64,000 nt of DNA from an uncultured Gammaproteobacteria bacterium (GCA_963848305.1 CAWKDC010000001.1:1376001-1440000), one strand, 5' to 3'; positions 1 to 10,876 are shown, numbered from the stretch's first letter. Notes: generated from the letters alone by a model not told the origin. Numbers and translations are program-made.

Positions 1-1808
1 GGCACCGTTGATTGGCAATTAAACTTTGATGGCAGTTTGGAAGAACCGAAAATGTTGCCCGCACAATTGCCGACCGTGTTATTAAACGGCGCATCAGGGA
101 TTGCCGTTGGGATGGCCACGGATATTCCCCCGCACAATTTAACGGAAGTGGTTGATGCATGCTTGCTGATTTTGAAAAATCCCAAAGCGACGTTAGACGA
201 TGTATGCGCCATCGTCAAAGCGCCCGATTATCCGACAGGCGCAGAAATCAATTCCACGCCAGAAGAATTGAAAGAAATGTATCGAACCGGCATGGGCAGT
301 GTGCGTTCGCGTGCGTTGTACCGTGTGGAGGACGGCAATATTGTTGTCACTGCATTGCCACATCAAGTGTCTCCTGCCAAAGTGCTCGAACAAATTGCGC
401 AACAAATGCAAGACAAGAAATTGCCTATGGTGGAAGATTTACGCGACGAATCCGATCATGAAAATCCCGTGCGCATGGTGATTGTCCCGCGTTCTAACCG
501 TATCGACATTGAACAGTTGATGAGCCACTTATTTGCCAGCACTGATCTGCAAAAATCATTCCGCGTGAATTTGAACATGATTGGTTTAGATGGTCGCCCG
601 AAAGTGAAAGGCTTGCTCAACATTTTGAATGAATGGATTGAATACCGATTCGAGACTGTCAAGCGGCGATTAACGTATCGTTTGCAAAAAGTGACAGAAC
701 GTTTGGAAGTGTTGGATGGTTTGTTGATCGCTTATCTTAACGTTGATGAAGTGATCAAGATTGTTCGCAAAGAAGATAAACCCAAAGAAGCTTTGATCAA
801 AAGATTTAAGATCACCGATTTACAAGCAGAAGCCATCCTTGAATTAAAATTACGTCAATTGGCAAAGCTTGAAGAAATCAAGATCACCACCGAACAAAAA
901 GCATTGTCTGTTGAGCGTGGCGAATTGGAAGCCATCTTGGCTTCGCGCACCAAAATGACGGCACTGATCCGCACAGAATTAGAAGCCCTTAAAAAACGCT
1001 TTGGCGATGCACGCCGGTGCGCGTGTATTGTGCGCGAACAAGCACAAGCCTTGTCTGAGGAAGAGCGCACGCCCACTGAAAATGTCACCGTGATTTTATC
1101 TGAAAAAGGATGGGCACGTGTCGGCAAAGGTCATGAGATTGATGCAGGGAGTTTGAGTTACAAACCCGGTGACAGCTTTTTATCGAGTGCACAGGGTCGC
1201 TCTAATCAATCAGCCATTTTCATGGATTCAACCGGCCGGGCATATTCGGTCATGCCGAATGCATTGCCCTCTGCGCGTAGCCTCGGCGAGCCTATCACCA
1301 CGCGTTTAACCACACCACCAGGTGCGACATTTGTGGGCGTGATCATGCCCAATGAATCTGACAAAGTGTTGTTGCAGTCCCGCGAAGGCTATGGCTTTGT
1401 GATTCCCGCCGCTGAATTGTTTTCTAAAAACAAGACGGGTAAACAGGTGCTGAAGGCTGACCATGGCGTGGTAGGTGCCTGTTATCCTGGCAGCTGACCC
1501 TAAAGCCTGGGTCTTTATCACGACCTTCGCCGGCAAAGCCCTGGCCTTTCCCCTGAAAGAATTGCCTGAAATGGCCAAAGGGCGGGGCAACAAAATGGTT
1601 CAAATCGACAAAGACCTGATTGCCAGCGGCAAAGATGGGGTAGCCCACATGGTCGTTCTGTCAGACAAAGATAGCTTGGTTCATCAAAGCAGGCGATAAA
1701 GAAAAGGTATTAAAACCAACAGATTGGAAAGAATATGCTGGTTCCCGCGGTCTGCGCGGCAAGGCTCTCCCCAAAAATTTCTTGCTCCCTGTCTTGCTCA
1801 GACCCTGA
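1..1808 (+). CDS. parC: DNA topoisomerase IV subunit A (5'-truncated by window edge; two apparent frameshifts near 1474 and 1681)
   Basis: Motifs [46 protein letters not shown]. The C-terminal pinwheel continues in other frames ([12 protein letters not shown], then [12 protein letters not shown]) to TGA at 1806-1808. Confidence 0.93.
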
Positions 1809-1909
1809 CCTTATGCCATACTCTAGAAACGTGGTTGATAGGGCGTGGTTCTTATAAGATAACAAAGCAAGGAAAGATTTGACGTACAGGGTAGTGCAGG
1901 GGAAATCAT

Positions 1910-4900
1910 ATGGCAACTAATAGCTCAGATATGAATGATGCGCGGGGTTCATGGTATTCTCAATTTAGATTGAGAATAACTGGCGATCCGCTTAAGCCCA
2001 ATTCTGCTGCTCAAGCTAATCCAACTGTTAATTCAACCACAGCAGAGCCTGTGAAACCATCGACCGGGTCGATGCAGTCATCGTCATCAACATCATCAAC
2101 GGCTCCCGAAGCCGTTTCCTTAGCGACTCCGCCAGCCACAGTCGCTAATTCGAGTGCCACGCTTAGGTTATTGAATGAGGCTGCATCTGCGGCTTTGGCC
2201 ATGTGGAATAAGGCGCCAGCTACAGTCGTGTTGCCTGCCGCTGCCCCCGCGCCAGTCGCCAACACCACAACTACTACCACTTCAAGTAGCACAACATCGG
2301 CGTTGGCTACTGCCGTGAACAATTGGGTTGATAAATTGAAAACCCCATCCAATACAAATGTCACTGAACCTGCATCTCCACCACCTGCAGCTGAGCCGGT
2401 TAAGCCATTTACCATGACTTTCACTGACGAAACGCTTAAGTCCCTTTTCCCATCCGATCTCGCTGCGCCGACTTCACCCCTGCACATCATGCTGAAAGAG
2501 GCGACGGCCGATGCATTTTGCACAGAGACCCTCAGTGCATTTGACACTGCCATGCTAAAAGATGTTGCCACCATCTCAATTGCGGCGAGCAAGACAGCCG
2601 GGCTGTCTGAGGGATATAAGAAGGCCACTGAAGAATATTACCACTATGCTCCCTTGAAAGCTTTTCTCGATGCGCATGCGCCTTATTTAAAACAAGGCAT
2701 CATGATGCAGCTCTTCCTGTTAGAGCTGAGCCGTTCAGACGCATTTATAGGCCAGTACCCAGCCCTGCAGCCCGTGATTAAGGCGCGATTGGGGGTTTAT
2801 GAAGAAAAATTTCCCGTTTGCAGTCGCGATGTTGATGTCGCTGATTACACCCTGGATGACGACATGGTGCGGTGCATCACGGGAAACGACGCCTATCAAA
2901 AATTCAATAGCTATGTTCTTGCGGACGAATCTTCTTACGACATTCCCCGAGCCAGGCTGATGGCTTTTTTACACGATTTTGAAACCCTGGTTAAAATACA
3001 GGATCAGCGCTTCCGTATGAGTGATGGCAGGATTTATTTTCAAGAAGAAGGGCGTTTAACGAAAGAAGTGACCCTCACATGGGGTTCAAAAGACGTGAAT
3101 GACACGCAATGCTTTCGCTTGAGGCTGCCTTCAGCGACTTTTTTCAGACTGTTGAAATGGCACAAAGTCAACACGGCTCGTGAATGCCTGGATAAGAAAG
3201 CAGGTGCCTCTCAAATGCAGGGCTTTTCCCAAGAGAAAACCTTCTGCCCGAATTTACCCCAATTATCCCTGGCTGAATATACGGCATGGTTGGTGTCAGT
3301 ATGGATGGTGGGTGTAGATTTTTCAAAAACGCAGTCATTCAATGATTTCAAAAAGCAAGTATCCGAGTTCTTAGACGCTGCCGTCCCCAGTGGCATTCCT
3401 GAAGCGACATTTGTTCAATATATGGATCAAGCCATCAGACGTTATGCCAATATCATGATTGAGAATTCGCTGACCGCTGAGACACTTAAAAAAGTTGACA
3501 GATATGTCCCAAAAACGCTCAAGGCCGAAGAAATTCCGCCTATCACGGTGTCTGAGCAGAATAAAAAGGATTTGCTAGCAGCGCTTTATACAGAGTGCAG
3601 TCAGCGTGCCGCACTCAAGGTGAATGACGCATTGGGTGATAACAATGAAGATAATAAGAAATATACAGCACACCATCTGATATATTCCCACAAAGCAACA
3701 GAGATACCCCTCATCGATGACGTGCCTCCTCTATCCCTACCGCCTTATGTGAAACAATACCTCGATAATTTAGGGAGAGATAAGAGAGATAGCGACGAGG
3801 TTAAAAAATTAAAAGCCTTTTTCCAATCGGGCCTAACGACGCGCAGCGATGTCAATGAGAGTAAGTGTTTAGAGCAAGTCGTATTCCATGTGCTTGCGCA
3901 TCACATCGACCCCACGCAAGAGCCCGAGACAAAAGATTATGCATTTTCATCCATTGATGATTTTATGAAGCAGCGTGATGATGCCGCGGTAGCGATGCGC
4001 GCTATTGCTATTGCCCCTGTGGCAGGAAAACAAAAAAAACCTAAGACTAATACGCCTAGAAAACAGGTACGCGTCCCAGAAAAAACGATTGAGGGACTGA
4101 CAGCTACATCATCGTCCTCCTCTTCCTCCTCGTCCTCATCTTCATCTAGTCAAACGATGACTTCCGAGATGGATCCCCAAGTGTCGGCTACAGCTTCAGT
4201 TCCCTTCGAGATTGAAGAGAAAGCGCCCCCCATCCCTCTGGCTTCTCCTGTTGATGAGGAAAAGCAGAAAGAGGATGCAGTAGCAATAGCGCTGAAGCGC
4301 TGGCAGAAGTTAGAACGCTTATACCTCAAAGTGCTTGCATTCGACAATGAGTATCAATATGACGATGGGCTGTCGTTGGCTACATTTATCGACTCAGTGC
4401 ACAGAGAACGCAAGGATAGTAAGGATGTTCTCTTGACACTCCCTCTTGAAAGTATTGAGCTACATTCAGATCGCTGTCTTAAAGAGTGGGGAAAACTGAG
4501 AACGAAATATTTTGAACTTGCGCACGCCGATGCAAAGGCCAAATGGCATTTGTTGAAACAGGCTAAAGCGAAGCTGGATCAGCTGGTTAAGAACGCCACG
4601 GAGGTGAACCAGTCGATCCTCCCTTCAGATAAAACGGTTATTTCAGATGCAGAGTCGTTCATCATTGCAGAGGGGGAACTCCCAAAAGCGTTCCAATGCG
4701 AGAGTAAAAAGGGCGTAAAAACATTTGTTGATGCATGTGAAAAACATTGTAAAAGTATTGACGGTGCATGTGGAAGGCTGGAAACGATCATTGCAGTAGC
4801 GACTGAGCGAATGGCTGTTCAACAAGAGATCGCTCAAATGAGCCACGATTTAAACGAATTGGTCGGTAAAATTGATGCAAAACTGGTTCCGGCAAAATAC

Positions 4901-5905
4901 AGAGACCCTATTAAGGGTTTACTGGCCTTTAATTATGACGAATGTGCGAAATTGGATGAAGGTAACACTGATCTGACTCATTCTGACAATAAAAGAAAGT
5001 TTGACAATGATTATCAAGCAAAAAAACAAAAGCTAGAACGTTTTATCGCATTTTTGAACGAGGGTGATAATATTAAAGTGTTGTATGCCGTGGTTGATTT
5101 TAAAACATCTGATTTCAATACTAAACCCTATCTTGAGACGTTGACAAAAAGCCATCAAGAAGCCGTAGCGAAATTGTTGGATATTGAACAGCAAATTGCG
5201 GCTTATCCTAACCATGTTTATTTTGGATTTATCGATTGCTCTTGGTTCCTTGATAGCAAAGAAGTTAAAAAGTTAAAAGTAGAGCGTGAGCAAGTCCAGC
5301 ACGAAGTGAACGTATGGACGATGATGGTGTATGTGAGCGAAGATGCTACACCTGACGACAGGACTGTTAAAGAGTCGTTGAGTAACGTTGAGAAACTGAG
5401 CACCCATTTAAGCGAAATAGATAAAAAGAGTGCCGCCCTGCGCTGGTGGCAATGGGGTTATTCCAAAAAGAAAGCATTGTATGAAGCTGCTAAACAGCGA
5501 ATCAACATGCAAATTGAGCGGTTAACCTTATTGGCTGCGGTGGAAAAGGTGAATGAGGCTGTTGGTGAGTCAGCGAAGGTGGATCAGGCAAGGGCATTGT
5601 GTGCGGAACCTGCTCGGGAAGATAAGCTATCCCCATCTGCTTTGTTTGTCAAATTCGGAGAAGTTTATGCTAAATTAAAAATAGCATTGCAAACATTTGT
5701 CAATCATGTCGACCAAAAGCAAGCACTGAAGCAAAAATGGGCATTAGCCCAGTCCGCAACGCCCGCAGGTTTGGGTTTGAAACATAAAACCACAGTGGAG
5801 AATATGGGAAGCGTGGGTTTCGGTTCTATGGTTTCATTCGGCAGTAGCACAACCGTCTCGTCTTTATTGCAGAATAAAGCTGGTGTGACCAACACGGTTA
5901 TGTAG
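1910..5905 (+). CDS. Large hypothetical protein (1331 aa), low-complexity N-terminus, poly-Ser tract, helical C-terminus; candidate secreted effector
   Basis: Long uninterrupted ORF with GGGG RBS-like element upstream; S/T/A/P-rich first ~165 aa; K/E-rich C-terminal half; no recognisable enzyme motif. Confidence 0.8.
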   Translation: MATNSSDMNDARGSWYSQFRLRITGDPLKPNSAAQANPTVNSTTAEPVKPSTGSMQSSSSTSSTAPEAVSLATPPATVANSSATLRLLNEAASAALAMWNKAPATVVLPAAAPAPVANTTTTTTSSSTTSALATAVNNWVDKLKTPSNTNVTEPASPPPAAEPVKPFTMTFTDETLKSLFPSDLAAPTSPLHIMLKEATADAFCTETLSAFDTAMLKDVATISIAASKTAGLSEGYKKATEEYYHYAPLKAFLDAHAPYLKQGIMMQLFLLELSRSDAFIGQYPALQPVIKARLGVYEEKFPVCSRDVDVADYTLDDDMVRCITGNDAYQKFNSYVLADESSYDIPRARLMAFLHDFETLVKIQDQRFRMSDGRIYFQEEGRLTKEVTLTWGSKDVNDTQCFRLRLPSATFFRLLKWHKVNTARECLDKKAGASQMQGFSQEKTFCPNLPQLSLAEYTAWLVSVWMVGVDFSKTQSFNDFKKQVSEFLDAAVPSGIPEATFVQYMDQAIRRYANIMIENSLTAETLKKVDRYVPKTLKAEEIPPITVSEQNKKDLLAALYTECSQRAALKVNDALGDNNEDNKKYTAHHLIYSHKATEIPLIDDVPPLSLPPYVKQYLDNLGRDKRDSDEVKKLKAFFQSGLTTRSDVNESKCLEQVVFHVLAHHIDPTQEPETKDYAFSSIDDFMKQRDDAAVAMRAIAIAPVAGKQKKPKTNTPRKQVRVPEKTIEGLTATSSSSSSSSSSSSSSQTMTSEMDPQVSATASVPFEIEEKAPPIPLASPVDEEKQKEDAVAIALKRWQKLERLYLKVLAFDNEYQYDDGLSLATFIDSVHRERKDSKDVLLTLPLESIELHSDRCLKEWGKLRTKYFELAHADAKAKWHLLKQAKAKLDQLVKNATEVNQSILPSDKTVISDAESFIIAEGELPKAFQCESKKGVKTFVDACEKHCKSIDGACGRLETIIAVATERMAVQQEIAQMSHDLNELVGKIDAKLVPAKYRDPIKGLLAFNYDECAKLDEGNTDLTHSDNKRKFDNDYQAKKQKLERFIAFLNEGDNIKVLYAVVDFKTSDFNTKPYLETLTKSHQEAVAKLLDIEQQIAAYPNHVYFGFIDCSWFLDSKEVKKLKVEREQVQHEVNVWTMMVYVSEDATPDDRTVKESLSNVEKLSTHLSEIDKKSAALRWWQWGYSKKKALYEAAKQRINMQIERLTLLAAVEKVNEAVGESAKVDQARALCAEPAREDKLSPSALFVKFGEVYAKLKIALQTFVNHVDQKQALKQKWALAQSATPAGLGLKHKTTVENMGSVGFGSMVSFGSSTTVSSLLQNKAGVTNTVM

Positions 5906-5969
5906 ATTGATTGATATATGTAATTGATCTTTCGCACTTTCAGTGCTCGATGCATTCTCTCATACATTT

Positions 5970-6369
5970 CCTAGGGTTACGATGCGCTGCGCGCATCTAA
6001 CCCTAGGCTAAATGCTTCAAGGCCTTTGGCCTTGTGGATAATCTTGCAGCACGCATCTAACCCTAGGCTAAATGCTTCAAGGCCTTTGGCCTTGTGGATT
6101 GTCTTGCAGCACGCATCTAACCCTAGGCTAAATGCTTCAAGGCCTTTGGCCTTGTGGATTGTCTTGCAGCGCGCATCTAACCCTAGGCTAAATGCTTCAA
6201 GGCCTTTGGCCTTGTGGATTGTCTCGCAGCGCGCATCTAACCCTAGGCTAAATGCTTCAAGGCCTTTGGCCTTGTGGATTGTCTTGCAGCACGCATCTAA
6301 CCCTAGGCTAAATGCTTCAAGGCCTTTGGCCTTGTGGATTGTCTTGCAGCGCGCATCTAACCCTGGGCT
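5970..6369. repeat. Tandem array of about 6.3 x 60-bp palindrome-containing units capped by a REP-like hairpin
   Basis: Unit gcatctaaccctaggctaaatgcttcaaggcctttggccttgtggattgtcttgcagc(a/g)c repeats with exact 60-bp period. Terminal hairpin cctagggtta-c-gatgcgc...gcgcatc-taaccctagg at 5970-6007. Confidence 0.97.
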
Positions 6370-6434
6370 CGAAAACTGATAGGCCTCCGGCCGAGATGAT
6401 GTCGACTTATGATAAACGGTCAACACAATTAATT

Positions 6435-7439
6435 TCACCCCACCACTTGCTTACTCGTTGACCCGGGCACTTCACGTACCAATGTGGGAACGGCATAACC
6501 GGGCAGGGCAGCTTGCAGGGATTGTATCATCGAACATGCGGCTGATTCGCTGACATCAAAATGATGTGCACCGGTGACTTTGTCCAATAAATGCACATAA
6601 TAGGGCACAACGCCGATAGCAATCAAACGACGGCACAAGGCAATTTGCGCATCCACTGTATCATTGATGCCGTGCAACAAAACAGCTTGATTCAACAACA
6701 AAGCTTTCATACGCAAACAGTGCATGGCGATTGTCACATCGTGATCAATTTCTTGTGCATGATTCATATGCAACACAAACACAAATTGAAAACGCTGCGT
6801 ATCGAGGATGTTCAAAAAATCAGACGTGATCCGTTGCGGTACCATCACTGCTGTGCGCGTATGAAATCGAATGGTTTTCACATGGGGAATATCAGCCAAC
6901 TTGTTGAGCAACCATGCAAGGTGATGATCTGTTAAATTCAAAGGATCGCCGCCGCTTAAAATCACTTCTTCAATGGTATTATCTTGTTGGATATAATCCA
7001 GCGCAGGTTCCAATCCTTTTTTGCCGGGCGTGTTGGCATCGTAATCAAAATGTCGACGAAAACAATAACGGCAATGGATCACGCATTGCTGCGTCATGAT
7101 CAACAACACCCGGCCGGCGTATTTGTGCAGCAAGCCTGGATGGGGGTTATGCGCATGTTCCTCTAACGGCGAGGCCACATAACCTGCGACCTTCTCTAAT
7201 TCGGCGCCTGTGGGCAAAAACTGCTGCAGAACGGGATCGCTTAGGTCACCTGGCTTGATGCGTTTTAGCATACTACGGGGGAGTTTCAAAGGGAATTGTT
7301 GATGGGCCGCGACGAGCTGTTCACGCATAGATTCGGGTAAGTTTAATAGCAAAATAAGATCGTCAGGGGTGCAAATCACCTCTTTCAGTATTTTTTGCCA
7401 ATCTTGAGTTCCCCAAGGCGGGTTATTTTGTTGTATCAT
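6435..7439 (-). CDS. epmB: EF-P beta-lysylation protein, lysine 2,3-aminomutase (KamA family radical SAM)
   Basis: CVIHCRYCFRR radical-SAM motif, ILSGGDPL, LLNQAVLL; divergent from efp. Confidence 0.95.
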   Translation of the reverse strand: MIQQNNPPWGTQDWQKILKEVICTPDDLILLLNLPESMREQLVAAHQQFPLKLPRSMLKRIKPGDLSDPVLQQFLPTGAELEKVAGYVASPLEEHAHNPHPGLLHKYAGRVLLIMTQQCVIHCRYCFRRHFDYDANTPGKKGLEPALDYIQQDNTIEEVILSGGDPLNLTDHHLAWLLNKLADIPHVKTIRFHTRTAVMVPQRITSDFLNILDTQRFQFVFVLHMNHAQEIDHDVTIAMHCLRMKALLLNQAVLLHGINDTVDAQIALCRRLIAIGVVPYYVHLLDKVTGAHHFDVSESAACSMIQSLQAALPGYAVPTLVREVPGSTSKQVVG

Positions 7440-7487
7440 ACGTCAGTTTCGTTCAGCTCATTATTCAGACAGCAAGGGTAAACTAAT

Positions 7488-8060
7488 ATGTCCACGTATG
7501 CAACCAATCAATTCAAACCAGGTTTAAAAGTGATGATGGATGGCGAGCCTTGTGCCATCCTTGAGAACGAATTTGTGAAGCCTGGCAAGGGCCAAGCCTT
7601 CAACCGCGTGAAACTGCGCTACCTCAAGAGTGGCCGCGTGATTGAGCGGACATTCAAGTCTGGCGACACGTTGCCCGGGGCTGATGTGGTCGAATTGCCC
7701 ATGCAATATCTGTATTCAGATGGGGAGCATTGGCATTTCATGGCGCCTGAAACCTGCGAACAATACGCCGTGGATGAAAAAATCTTGGCAGACACCCAGA
7801 AGTGGTTGAAAGAACAAGACATGTGTACCGTCATGTTGTTTAACGGCGTGCCCTTGTCCGTGGCGCCGCCCAATTTCGTGGTGTTGAAGATTGTTGAGAC
7901 AGATCCCGGTATCCGTGGCGATACATCGGGCGGCGGCGGCAAACCTGCCACGCTTGAAACCGGGGCCGTCGTACGTGTGCCCTTGTTCGTTCAACAAGGC
8001 GAATTGATCCGAGTAGACACCAGAAATGCCGAATATGTGTCTAGGGTCAAAGAAGAGTGA
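7488..8060 (+). CDS. efp: Elongation factor P
   Basis: KPGKGQAF loop (modifiable Lys), [26 protein letters not shown]. Confidence 0.98.
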   Translation: MSTYATNQFKPGLKVMMDGEPCAILENEFVKPGKGQAFNRVKLRYLKSGRVIERTFKSGDTLPGADVVELPMQYLYSDGEHWHFMAPETCEQYAVDEKILADTQKWLKEQDMCTVMLFNGVPLSVAPPNFVVLKIVETDPGIRGDTSGGGGKPATLETGAVVRVPLFVQQGELIRVDTRNAEYVSRVKEE

Positions 8061-9016
8061 TGAGCGATTCATGCTGGCGTCCTACTGCCACCGTCGAAAC
8101 TTTGGTGGCTCGGGCAGGGTTGCTGAAGCAGATCCGTGCATTCTTTGATGGTCGGGGGTTTATCGAAGTCGATACGCCCCTGCTGTCTCACGCCACTGTC
8201 ACAGATCCTCACCTGGAAGGCTTTCCGGTTCAGGTAGGTGACGAGCGCGGTTACCTTCAAACCTCTCCCGAGTATGCCATGAAGCGATTATTGGCTGCTG
8301 GGATGCCGTCAATTTATCAGCTGGGCAAAGTGTTTCGGGTTGATGAAACAGGCCGTTACCACAATCCCGAATTCACTTTGCTCGAATGGTATCAACTCCG
8401 TGCTGACTTAAATGGGTTGATGGATGAAGTCGATGTGCTGTGTCAAACAATCGTGGGCTGTCCCGCAGCGAAGCGGTTGACATACCAATCTGTGTTTCAA
8501 CCTTTTGGTCTCGATCCCCTCACCGCCAATACCGCACAATGCCAGTCTGTGGCGCGTGAACAGGGGCTGGATGTCAGTGATTCTTTGCTGAATGCCCCCT
8601 TAGATACTTGGTTGCAACTTTTATTTTCTCTGTTGATTGAACCGACACTGGGCTTTGATGCGCCGGCATTTGTCACGCATTATCCTGCCTCACAAGCGAG
8701 TTTATCGCGTCTCGATCCCACTGATCCCCGTGTAGCCTTGCGGGTTGAAGTCTTTATCAATGGCATTGAGATTGGTAACGGTTATGATGAATTGCAAGAT
8801 CCCGCCCTTCAACATGCCCGATTTGAAGCAGATAACCGCATTCGTGCAGACATGGGTTTGCCGCAAAAACCAATTGATCCGCATTTGCTCGCCGCACTCA
8901 CGCACGGCTTTCCCCGGTGTTCAGGCATTGCAATGGGTGTAGATCGATTATTAATGTGTGCGCTGAAGAAAACACATATACAAGAAGTCATGCCGTTCAA
9001 TTGGACTCGGGCTTAG
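8057..9016 (+). CDS. epmA: EF-P lysine ligase (GenX/PoxA)
   Basis: [38 protein letters not shown]; directly follows efp. Confidence 0.96.
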   Translation: MMSDSCWRPTATVETLVARAGLLKQIRAFFDGRGFIEVDTPLLSHATVTDPHLEGFPVQVGDERGYLQTSPEYAMKRLLAAGMPSIYQLGKVFRVDETGRYHNPEFTLLEWYQLRADLNGLMDEVDVLCQTIVGCPAAKRLTYQSVFQPFGLDPLTANTAQCQSVAREQGLDVSDSLLNAPLDTWLQLLFSLLIEPTLGFDAPAFVTHYPASQASLSRLDPTDPRVALRVEVFINGIEIGNGYDELQDPALQHARFEADNRIRADMGLPQKPIDPHLLAALTHGFPRCSGIAMGVDRLLMCALKKTHIQEVMPFNWTRA

Positions 9017-9023
9017 GTTTTAC

Positions 9024-10112
9024 CTAGTGAAAATGGGGAGTCCATTGCTCTAATTCTGCTGGCGTGATTTTAAAACGTGCGATATTGCCTGCATGAAGTC
9101 CCATCAATTCTTTATCGATCACTTCAATGAATCGTGTTTGATCGTTTTTGGGAATGTGGGATTCTGTAAATAATGCAATCTTTGCAATCGCTTGTTTTTT
9201 ATCCATGCGTTCACGCACAATGGTGTTGACGAGTGATGCGACATGTTCACGGTATTTAAAACTCACCGGGTCGGGTTCTCCGGTCACATGCAAAATTGTT
9301 GAATATTTTTGACAAGATCGTTGATACGCCCACGAATATACTTCTTTCAACAATTCCATTCGGTTGTGTTCGTAGACAGCCAGCACACCCTCAATGTAAT
9401 AAGATTCTGGTACATCGATAAAAGACAATGGACATAAATTGTCGCGAATAAAAGGAATATTGGCGGCCAATCGGGAGACTCTTTTATTCACATCTTCAAA
9501 CGGTTGCAAATAAGATAAATGCACAATCATGAAAAAAGATTGTTCATAAGGATCTTCGATGGATTGCGCTTTCGTGATGATGTGCTCAAAACATTCTTGA
9601 ATCAGCTGCGGAATATGCGTGGGATAATACGCGGCTTTTGCAATGCCAACGGGAATGCTGCGCAATCTCCCGCAGGCTGCTGGGTCTCCCAGCAAATTGT
9701 CTGATAGCAATGCATGCAAGTTGAGTAGTGTAGAGGTGTTGATGCGCAATGTGTCGGCTTGATCAACCAGAAATTCAATGGCCGCTTTATGATTCAATAA
9801 CATTTGGGCATCCATGGGGTCTTTATCTTCTGCCATTTCTCCGGCATTTAATAATCGATCGGTTTCTAATAAAGAATAGGTATTCCCTTCGAGTCTACTG
9901 GAATTCCAGGATAAGTCGATCATCAACAGATTGAGGATTTTTTTGACAAAGGTACCCGATTTTTTGGCCATCAGGGGTGGCGTACCCCACTCACGCAATT
10001 GTTTGCGTTCTGATTCGGATAAATAAAAAGTGATGTTGGGTTGATAAGCGTCTAAAAATTCACGTCGATATCCTACCGAGGGTTTATGTTTTTGTCGAAC
10101 TTCTTGTTGCAA
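9024..10112 (-). CDS. Fic-domain protein with intramolecular inhibitory motif; N-terminus possibly truncated
   Basis: SWNSSRLEGN (S/T)xxxE(G/N) motif and Fic motif variant LQPFEDVNKRVSR; only a TTG start is available just downstream of the preceding gene's stop. Confidence 0.88.
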   Translation of the reverse strand: MQQEVRQKHKPSVGYRREFLDAYQPNITFYLSESERKQLREWGTPPLMAKKSGTFVKKILNLLMIDLSWNSSRLEGNTYSLLETDRLLNAGEMAEDKDPMDAQMLLNHKAAIEFLVDQADTLRINTSTLLNLHALLSDNLLGDPAACGRLRSIPVGIAKAAYYPTHIPQLIQECFEHIITKAQSIEDPYEQSFFMIVHLSYLQPFEDVNKRVSRLAANIPFIRDNLCPLSFIDVPESYYIEGVLAVYEHNRMELLKEVYSWAYQRSCQKYSTILHVTGEPDPVSFKYREHVASLVNTIVRERMDKKQAIAKIALFTESHIPKNDQTRFIEVIDKELMGLHAGNIARFKITPAELEQWTPHFH

Positions 10113-10139
10113 GGTCTGCTTATCCGCTGTCCTCCGTCT

Positions 10140-10808
10140 TCATCCCCGTCCCTGCACGTCATACAAGACCACTGGCCCGATAATCTGATGGGCCACAGGG
10201 TCGTAAAAGAGGGTATCTGATCCAGCGCTTGTGGGTTTGAGCTGCCAGCGGGGCGGATCAATGCAGATTTCACGTAAGGATAGCGAGCCCTCTTGTACCA
10301 TTTTAATCACCACCAAATCCCCATCGAGTGGACTGGCGGCAGGGTCGACCGTGAAGAGGGTGCCGAGGGGAAAGCGGGGGTGCATGGATGGCTTGCTTTT
10401 GAGCACAAACGCCTGCTCGCTGACAGGATGCTTCAGCAGGACGGTGTGCCAATCGCGCCATTCAGACAGATCCAGCGAGGCCACTGCATTCGCGTGGGCA
10501 GCCGATTGCCAGTCAAGAATAGGCAAAAATTGCGGTTTGGTTTGAATGTTCATGATTTGCACCGGAGCTTGTGGGTTATCATCAATGAGTGCGTCGATGG
10601 AGACTTGGAAGTGATCCGCCAGTTGTTTCAAGGTTGAAATATGTGGATCGGCCGTTTCGCCAGAGCTGAGCCGGCGCACGGTGAGGACAGGCAAGCCCAG
10701 CGCAGCAGCGACATCTGCCTCGCTGGTTCTGCGATCATGGATCAAGCGAGACAGGTTGCGCGCGAGCCCCTGGGGTTCTGGTTTTTTGAGTGTTTTCGAA
10801 TGTGCCAT
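10140..10808 (-). CDS. XRE-family HTH regulator with S24/LexA-like C-terminal domain
   Basis: N-terminal HTH (SEADVAAALGLPVLTVRRLSSGETADPHISTLKQLADHF); C-terminal SMHPRFPLGT..VDP..DGDLVV. Start placed at ATG 10808. Confidence 0.85.
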   Translation of the reverse strand: MAHSKTLKKPEPQGLARNLSRLIHDRRTSEADVAAALGLPVLTVRRLSSGETADPHISTLKQLADHFQVSIDALIDDNPQAPVQIMNIQTKPQFLPILDWQSAAHANAVASLDLSEWRDWHTVLLKHPVSEQAFVLKSKPSMHPRFPLGTLFTVDPAASPLDGDLVVIKMVQEGSLSLREICIDPPRWQLKPTSAGSDTLFYDPVAHQIIGPVVLYDVQGRG

Positions 10809-10876
10809 GATAAAATCCGCAAATGAAAAAAGAAACAACAATGATAGTGAGTATATCACCAATGATTTGAAATGAT

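Noticed and set aside
1910-5905. Large ORF as a Cas-like or HEPN nuclease partnering the array
   Set aside because: Only a chance-level RxxxxH (RLLKWH) was seen, with no RuvC or HNH motifs; composition fits a low-complexity helical protein.
5970-6369. CRISPR or other spacer-bearing guide array
   Set aside because: Units are near-identical over their full 60 bp with no unique spacers, and no cas-like gene was recognised nearby.
10140-10808. XRE/S24 gene as a prophage repressor
   Set aside because: No phage structural, replication or integrase genes nearby; it sits in a run with housekeeping-type genes.
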